A DNA stretch of 64,000 bases, from positions 1,504,001 to 1,568,000 of the forward strand of contig CBDFJG010000004.1 in the NCBI GenBank assembly GCA_965248445.1. The letters are read 5' to 3'. Under the pieces are notes generated by a model. That model made no database searches, was not told where the DNA came from, and worked only from the letters and a program-made list of their open reading frames with translations. Shown piece by piece: positions 57,650-64,000 of this stretch (position 1 is its first letter; the number at the start of each line of letters is the position of its first letter). This DNA comes from Planctomycetota bacterium (GTDB taxonomy: Bacteria; Planctomycetota; JAJSAM01; JAJVHW01). The translations under genes were made by a program, and so were the position numbers.

Positions 57650-58789
57650 CTACTTCTTCGCGGTCGGTGCGGCTGCCGTCAGCTTCTCACCGTTCTCGCG
57701 ATACCACTTGGCCCAGGCGCCGTCCTCCTTGGGGACGTTGGTGGCGCCGGTCAGCCTACGCAGAGCGACGTGGATCACCTCGCGCTCGACGAAGTACCGG
57801 ACCTGCTCCGTGGCCACGACGACGACGTCCAGGACGATGCCCTCCTGGATCACACCGACGATCGGGTCGGCAATGAACGCGGTCTGGGCGACTTCGACGT
57901 CGAAGTCCTGAATGAACGTCAACTGGTTGGCGAACATCGAGTACACGCGCGGCGAGCCGCCGCCGTGGGCCTCGAACTTGTAGACCAGGTACCTGACGCC
58001 GCGCACGTCGCTCAGACGTCCGAGACTCGCTGCCGCATGCTCGCGGACGTGGCTGTCGTCGCTGTTCAGCGCCCGGATGAGCGGTAGCGCGAGGTTCGGA
58101 TCACCGATGACCTTGGCCGCGTCGATCGCGGCGAAGCGCACGTCGTCGGAGGGGTCGAAGATCGCCCGGTGCAGCAGCGGCTGCAGAGCGCGGCGTCCGC
58201 CCACTTCGGCGAGTTGACCTGCTGCGAAGATGCGCATCTCCTCGTTCTTCGAACGAAGCGCCCACGCAAGCGGCTCGAACTTGGTGTCGTCATCGATCGT
58301 GCCGAGGGACTCCTCGGCGAAGCGGCGGGCGCGCTCGTCGCCGCGCACCCAGAGGCTGAGCAGCCTGCGCACCTTCTCGTGCTGCTCCTTGCGGAGCTTC
58401 TTCTGCTCCGCGGGCAGATCGAGGAGAGCGGCTTCCTCGCTAAGGATCCACCGGCCTTCGCGGAGCACGAGCCCCTTGACCTTCATGGCCTCTGCACTCG
58501 TCAGCCATCGTCCGTCGTGCCGCGCGTGGCCGAGGGCCTCGCGGGCGCCGACGTGATCCGGCGTGAGTTCGATGACGCGTGCGAACGCGCCCTTGGCCTC
58601 GTCGGCGAGGCCCTTGTCACGGGCCCACAGTCCGAGGAGGTAGTGCTCGCGCGCTGCGTCATCGCCGGCCTTCTCGACGATGGCGGCGCGTCGTGTGTCG
58701 TACTCCGCACGCGTGTCTCCCGCCTGCGCCGAAGCGGCGGCGAGGACGAGCAGTGCGGCCAGCGGAATGAGTCGGGTCCTTTTCAACAC
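57650..58789 (-). CDS. Secreted HEAT-repeat protein with a DFDVEV..FIADP motif
   Basis: GGAG RBS, signal peptide ending AQA, H..AREALG....G.W module, HEAT repeats. Confidence 0.85.
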   Translation of the reverse strand: MLKRTRLIPLAALLVLAAASAQAGDTRAEYDTRRAAIVEKAGDDAAREHYLLGLWARDKGLADEAKGAFARVIELTPDHVGAREALGHARHDGRWLTSAEAMKVKGLVLREGRWILSEEAALLDLPAEQKKLRKEQHEKVRRLLSLWVRGDERARRFAEESLGTIDDDTKFEPLAWALRSKNEEMRIFAAGQLAEVGGRRALQPLLHRAIFDPSDDVRFAAIDAAKVIGDPNLALPLIRALNSDDSHVREHAAASLGRLSDVRGVRYLVYKFEAHGGGSPRVYSMFANQLTFIQDFDVEVAQTAFIADPIVGVIQEGIVLDVVVVATEQVRYFVEREVIHVALRRLTGATNVPKEDGAWAKWYRENGEKLTAAAPTAKK

Positions 58790-58980
58790 GTATAGCTCCC
58801 TGATTCCGCGATCCCGTTGAGGTGGGATCCCCCCGACCAAGTCTCGAAGGTAGCCGCCGTGGGCACGCTGTCAACGCGGTGCCCGTGCGCCCGGCCGGAT
58901 CGGCCTCGTGGGCCGCAGGAAACCTCTCGCCCCGCGACCGAGCCCTCGGCAAGGTGCCCTCTTCGAGTAAAGATGGGCGG

Positions 58981-60126
58981 ATGCGCACCGCCCTCCTGCT
59001 CTGCCTGACCGTTGTCGTGGCCGCCTGCCGGACGACTCCCGCACCGGCGATCCCGTCGGATCCCGTCCTACGAGACGCTTCGAACGCGCGCATCGTGGCG
59101 GTGGGCGAGTTCCATGACGATCCGGTGCACCACGCCTACCAGGCTGAGGTGCTGCGCGTCATGGCGGATGCCGCCGCGCGCGACGGTGCGCCGCTCTTGC
59201 TCGGCATGGAGATGTTCCAGCGCCCGTTCCAGCAGCCGCTCGACGACTACGTCGCTGGCGACATCGACGAACTCGAGATGCTGCGGCGCACCGAGTACTA
59301 CACGCGCTGGCGTTTCAACCACACGCTCTACGCGCCGCTCTGGCGCCTGGCGCGCGAGCGCGGTATTCGGGTTGTAGGGCTGAACGCGGAGCGCGACATC
59401 GTCCGGAAGATCGGGCGCAAGGGTCTCGACTCGTTGAGCGCCGAGGAACGCAGCCGGATCGCCGCCGACATCGACCTCGGCGTCGCTTCGCACCGGAAGC
59501 GCATCCTCGATGTCTTCAGCGGCGGCACGCATCCGATGCCCGAGGAGCGGCTGAACCACCTGTACGCGGCACAGACGACGTGGGACGAGACCATGGCCGA
59601 GTCGGCGGCGCAGGCGTTGACCGCAGCCGGACCGGACGCACGCATGCTGATCGTCGCGGGTTCGATGCACATCCAGGAACGCGACGCGATAACCGGCCGC
59701 CTGCACCGCCGCATCGGCGGCGAGCCGCCGCTCGTAGTCGTGCTCCGCACGGTGACGCCGGAGCCACGCGAGGAGGCGGCCGACGACGTGCTCGGCGACC
59801 ATGTCGTGCGGCTGGCGCCCGTTGACAAGCTCGTGCCCGCGCGGCTCGGGGTGAAGCTCGAGGACGCGGAAGAGGGAGGCGTGCGGGTCACGGAGGTGAC
59901 CGACGGCGGTGCGGCGGCGCAGGCCGGCATGCGGGCCGGCGACGTCATCGTCCGTTTCTCCGGAAAAATCAGCGAGCTTGCAGAGATCCGGGACACCGCG
60001 GCGCTGCGCTACTGGCTCGACTACGTGCGGCCACCGGCCGGCCGGGTGATCATCTGGCGTCGTGACGGCCGTGATTCCGCCGTGTCGATCCAGTTCGAGC
60101 CTCCCGAACCGCCGGCACACCCATGA
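58981..60126 (+). CDS. ChaN-family lipoprotein with C-terminal PDZ domain
   Basis: Lipobox VAAC, VGE.HD...HH..Q, GMEMFQ..FQ..LD.Y, WDETMA; PDZ (AAQAGMRAGDVI). Confidence 0.82.
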   Translation: MRTALLLCLTVVVAACRTTPAPAIPSDPVLRDASNARIVAVGEFHDDPVHHAYQAEVLRVMADAAARDGAPLLLGMEMFQRPFQQPLDDYVAGDIDELEMLRRTEYYTRWRFNHTLYAPLWRLARERGIRVVGLNAERDIVRKIGRKGLDSLSAEERSRIAADIDLGVASHRKRILDVFSGGTHPMPEERLNHLYAAQTTWDETMAESAAQALTAAGPDARMLIVAGSMHIQERDAITGRLHRRIGGEPPLVVVLRTVTPEPREEAADDVLGDHVVRLAPVDKLVPARLGVKLEDAEEGGVRVTEVTDGGAAAQAGMRAGDVIVRFSGKISELAEIRDTAALRYWLDYVRPPAGRVIIWRRDGRDSAVSIQFEPPEPPAHP

Positions 60127-61279
60127 GACAGGTGAGCTCGGTTCGGCTCCGCACGCGCTGCCGGGACGCGATCGTGTACCGACAGATGGTGGATCGCGCG
60201 TCCCGCGGGGCGGAGGCCGGGTCGATCGTGCGTGTGGAGGACAAAGACGGCGCGTTCGCGGACAGGCGTTCTGGAACCCCAAGAGCGAACTCGCGCTGCG
60301 GATACTGACGCGGGACGACGTGCCGGTCACCGACGCCTGGTTCGGCGCCGCGATCCGGGATGCCGTGGCGCTGCGACGCGACGTGCTCGGCCTCGACCGC
60401 AATACGAACGCCTACCGCGTCGTGAACTCCGAAGCCGACCGCCTGCCGGGGCTGATCGTGGATCGTTACGCGGACGTGCTCTCGTGCCGCGTTTCGTCAC
60501 TCGGTGCGTACCGGGTCTTCCCGGTGATCCGCGACGCCCTGAAGGAGGCTCTGCAGCCGCGCGTGGTGCACGTCGCGGCAGATCCCCGCGTCGCCAAGCG
60601 AGAGGGTTTCCCCATTCCTGACGGCGCAGGCGACGCGGCGCGGGCGACGATCACGGAAGGCGGCCTGTCGTTTCACGTCGATTGTGCGCGCGGCCACAAG
60701 ACAGGCTTCTTCCTTGATCAGCGGGAGGCGCGACGGCGCGTTCGCGCGCTCGCGAGCGGGCGGCGCGTTCTCGACCTCTTCTGCTACACGGGCGCGTTCG
60801 CGCTGAACGCAGCGCGCGGTGGGGCCCGCGACGTCCTGGCGATCGACCTCGATGAGAAAGCGGTTGCGGCGGCCCGCGAGAACGCAGCACGCAACGGGCT
60901 GAGCGACGCGGTGTCCATCAAGCACGAAGACGCGTTCGACATTCTGCGCTCGCTGCGACGCGGCCGGTTCGACCTGATGGTCCTGGACCCCGCCAAGCAA
61001 GGCCGCGGGCGCAGCGAGGTCGAGCGCTCGTTACGGTACTACTTCGATCTCAACCGGCTGGCGATCGGCGCCGCGCCCTCGGGCGGGTTGATCGTGACCT
61101 GCTCTTGCACCGGCGCCGTGCGCGAGGCCGAGTTCCTCGGGATGCTCGCCGACGCGGCCGCGACGGCCGGCCGCGCAGCCTCGTTCCTCGAGATCGCCGG
61201 AGCACCGGCCGACCACCCGGTCGCCACGGACCACCCGGAGGGGCGGTACCTGAAACGCGTCCTGATGCGCGTGTCCTGA
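60123..61279 (+). pseudogene. RlmI-like SAM-dependent rRNA methyltransferase, frameshifted near 60260
   Basis: The PUA-like N-terminus lies in ORF 60123. The catalytic part (SEAD.LPGL.VDRY, GHKTGFFLDQRE, LDLFCYTG.F, LDP) lies in another frame. One extra G restores DGAFAGQAFWN. Confidence 0.8.
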
Positions 61280-61361
61280 GCCTGGCCCCTACAGCGCCGA
61301 GGCTGCCCCTCCCGATGAGGGATGGGAGCCCGTGCGCCGATCACGAGGCTCGCTCAGCGCC

Positions 61362-62774
61362 ATGACCGCCAGCATCCCCCGGACGATCCTCGCCGCCGCC
61401 GCCCTCTCGGCGCTGTTGACGGCCTCGTGCGGCGGCGAGGATGAGCCGGCACCGGTCGAGAGCGTGCCGGCACCGCCGCAGGACGACGCACCCGTCCCGG
61501 ACACCGGCCGGATCACCCTCGACCCGCACGCCCACCGTGTCCCGAAGACGACGGCGAACCCCGTTGCGAAGACGCAGGCGTACGTCAGCGAGAAGGTCGA
61601 TCTGCGGATACGGCTGAAGACCCACGAGGTGGAGCGCTTTGCGCCCGTGCGCGCTCGCATCGAGGTGCACAACCTCGGCAAGCGAGACGTGGTCCTCATC
61701 AGTCCCGACGAGATGATCGCCAACCGGATGCACCTGCGCGTCACGCGACAGGGGAAGACGCTGAACCTCACGACCGCCCGTGCTCCGACGGGCGCGCCTC
61801 GCGAGCACGTGCTCGCGCGCGGCCAGATGTTCGGCGCGGACGTCGATCTCGAGCCCCTGCTGCGCAACACGCTCGCGTACGAGGAAGGACGAGTTCGCTT
61901 CCGCGCCGTGTACCGCGGGGCGGCGGATCTCATGCCGGGGAGCGCTTCCGCGTGGAACCGCGCCGGCGACGAAGAGCTCGTGACGCGGGAGATCATGCTC
62001 GAGATCGTCGAGCCGAAGTGGCGGCGGAACCTGCGCACCGAGCCGCGCGTGGTCGGTGACGTGTCGAACGCGCTGCTCACGTGGCGCAAGGGCGCGCCCA
62101 ACGAGGCCGAGGTCAAGGAGCGGATCACGGCGCACGGTGCGGACGGTGTCCGCGCGCTGTTCTTCCTGGTCGGAGGAATGGGCTCTACGCGGCGCGAGAC
62201 CGTGGAGCGCGCGGCGCAGGCGTTCGCGATGCTCCGCGAGCTCGCGCCGAGCGCCGTCGGCATCGCCCGTGAGCTGGCCGACGTGGACGATCCGGCGGTC
62301 CGCATGGTGTCCGCGTTCGTGATCACCGACACGTCGGGGGCGTCCGGCCCGGCGTTCGAACTCGTGCGCTCGATCCAGCGAGGCGGAGAGGACGCCGTCT
62401 GGCTCTCGATCGAGCTCCTCCATACGCAGCGCATCCCGGCCGAGAACTACATGCTCGATGGTTCCGGCCGCTTGTCGGTGCAGCGTGCCGGGGCGGAGGG
62501 AGGTCGCGTCGCACGGCAGCTCTCTCCACACCGGCTCGGCGAGCTCAAGCTCGCGCTCCTCGTGGCGCGCCCCTGGCTCTGGCGGACGACGCGCAACCGG
62601 CGCCTGGCCGGCGAAGGGCGCGTGACGGTGCGCATGTCGTCGGGCCGGAAGACCGTGTTCGAGGTTCTTCTGCCCGAGGGCGAAGCGCTCGACGCGAATC
62701 CGGCCGCGCGCTCCTTCCTCGACACGTTCGCGAAGTTCGCCGACAGCGTCGGCACCGCGAAGCGATCCGACTGA
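61362..62774 (+). CDS. Hypothetical lipoprotein
   Basis: Lipobox LTASC; long ORF with host-like codon usage. Confidence 0.7.
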   Translation: MTASIPRTILAAAALSALLTASCGGEDEPAPVESVPAPPQDDAPVPDTGRITLDPHAHRVPKTTANPVAKTQAYVSEKVDLRIRLKTHEVERFAPVRARIEVHNLGKRDVVLISPDEMIANRMHLRVTRQGKTLNLTTARAPTGAPREHVLARGQMFGADVDLEPLLRNTLAYEEGRVRFRAVYRGAADLMPGSASAWNRAGDEELVTREIMLEIVEPKWRRNLRTEPRVVGDVSNALLTWRKGAPNEAEVKERITAHGADGVRALFFLVGGMGSTRRETVERAAQAFAMLRELAPSAVGIARELADVDDPAVRMVSAFVITDTSGASGPAFELVRSIQRGGEDAVWLSIELLHTQRIPAENYMLDGSGRLSVQRAGAEGGRVARQLSPHRLGELKLALLVARPWLWRTTRNRRLAGEGRVTVRMSSGRKTVFEVLLPEGEALDANPAARSFLDTFAKFADSVGTAKRSD

Positions 62775-62808
62775 CGACGGCGTCCGTGCGCGTGTCCTTC
62801 GGATCGCG

Positions 62809-64000
62809 GTAACCGTTCACCCCTTCGTCGCGAGCCAGGATCCAGATCGTTCGGCCATCGGTCGATCAAGATGTTGTGGGCGAGCGGCAGGACGAGGATC
62901 TGCGGGCGATGGTCGAGGGCCTTCTGGCCTGGATCGAGGAGCTGGAGCGTCGCGAAGCGAAGCATCTGCGCCGCATCGACGAGCTCGAGTCGCGTCTGAA
63001 GCGTGACTCCCGCAACAGCTCGAGGCCTCCGTCGTCGGACCCGGCGTGGTCCAAGCGCCGTCGCGGCCGAAGGCCGCGTAGCGGTCGCCAGCAGGGCGGA
63101 CAGCCGGGCCATGAGGGCACGGCGCGCGAGCTGGTGGATCCGTCCAACGTCGATGAGACCAAGGAGCACCGTCCCGACCTCTGCGACGCGTGCGGACACG
63201 ACGATCTCGAGCAGGGCATCGGCGATCCGTACCGGCACCAGGTGACGGTGCTCCCGCGCGTGCTCGTCACGGTGCGGGAGCACCGGCTGCACAAGGCGCG
63301 GTGCCGGCGCTGTCGTGCGGTCACGACGGCGGTCCTGCCCGATGGCGTGCCGACCGGGGCCTTCGGTCCGCGGCTGACCACACTTGCCGGCGCGCTGCGC
63401 GGCGTGTACCGCGTGAGCGTGCGGGAGACGCAGCGGCTGCTCGGTGAGATCTTCGGTGTGAAGATGTCGCTGGGCAAGATCAGCGACTGTGAGCGTCGGC
63501 TCAGTGACGCTCTGCACTCGTCGTACCTCGAAGCCCTCGGGGCAGTCCGCACGTCGCTGCGAGCCAACGTGGACGAGACGTCGTGGAAGGAACGGGGCCG
63601 GGTGTGCTGGCTGTGGGCGGCGGAGAGCGAGCACGCCACAGCCTTCGGGATCGATCGCCGCCGCAGTGCCAAGGCGAAAGGGCGGCTGATCGGGCGGCGC
63701 TTCGGTGGCACGGTGATCAGCGACCGGATGGGTGCCTACGAGTCACACCCACTTGCCCGCCGCCAGCTCTGCTGGGCGCACATCGAGCGCGCCTTCCGTG
63801 CGCTGGCCGAAGGCCCGCGAGGACATCGCCGCTTCGGCAACAAGGGCGTCATGATCGCGCAGTCGGTCATGCGCAGCTACCGGCTCTTCGGTGAGCACGG
63901 CGACCGTGACCGGCTGCAAGGCGAAGCCGCTGTGCTGCGCGGACGGCTCGAGCGACTGATCGCGAACGACGACTCGGCTCTGGCCAACCATCTGCGCCCC
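62809..64000 (+). mobile_element. IS66-family element (single-ORF, ISBst12-like), truncated by the window end
   Basis: Left end GTAACCGTTCAC directly followed by the transposase. Confidence 0.88.
62876..64000 (+). CDS. IS66-family transposase (partial; absent from the ORF track because there is no stop in the window)
   Basis: Manual translation: coiled coil, SRNSSRPPSSD, GGQPGH.G, C..CG..C..C, VDETSW, WLW, SDR..AY, QLCWAH..R. Confidence 0.9.
   Translation, partial: MGERQDEDLRAMVEGLLAWIEELERREAKHLRRIDELESRLKRDSRNSSRPPSSDPAWSKRRRGRRPRSGRQQGGQPGHEGTARELVDPSNVDETKEHRPDLCDACGHDDLEQGIGDPYRHQVTVLPRVLVTVREHRLHKARCRRCRAVTTAVLPDGVPTGAFGPRLTTLAGALRGVYRVSVRETQRLLGEIFGVKMSLGKISDCERRLSDALHSSYLEALGAVRTSLRANVDETSWKERGRVCWLWAAESEHATAFGIDRRRSAKAKGRLIGRRFGGTVISDRMGAYESHPLARRQLCWAHIERAFRALAEGPRGHRRFGNKGVMIAQSVMRSYRLFGEHGDRDRLQGEAAVLRGRLERLIANDDSALANHLRP

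Noticed and set aside
62809..62820. GTTCAC shared by the IS66 and IS1380 ends, suggesting a composite element
   Set aside because: It is only a six-base match between unrelated IS families that flank housekeeping genes; probably chance.

Overview
High-GC bacterial chromosomal segment, probably from a Planctomycetota/PVC member. This is inferred from the many Ser/Thr kinases, ECF sigmas, HEAT-repeat and carboxypeptidase-regulatory-repeat proteins, and RNase HIII. About 50 CDSs are present, mostly housekeeping or envelope genes: clpP, polA, arfB, rsmB-like, an Mla/MCE ABC operon, a leuA-like gene, lysC, rnhC, dapF, and M1 and M55 peptidases. An IS1380 (991-2659, CTAG duplication) splits one large Ser/Thr kinase-helical repeat-GAF-histidine kinase gene. 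An IS66-family element starts at 62809 and runs off the window. The most unusual items are: (1) the split hybrid kinase facing a small secreted-protein gene; (2) a tandem pair of secreted HEAT-repeat proteins carrying three copies of a secretin-like DFDVEV..FIADP motif, one gene broken by an in-frame TGA; (3) three DnaA-box-like 9-mers at 6.2-6.4 kb; (4) an ECF/anti-sigma operon ending in a catalytically dead HtrA; (5) an FHA-zinc-finger pseudokinase; (6) a ~1 kb hairpin-rich non-coding region after polA. No rRNA, tRNA or CRISPR array was recognised. All family calls come from motif reading, not database searches.
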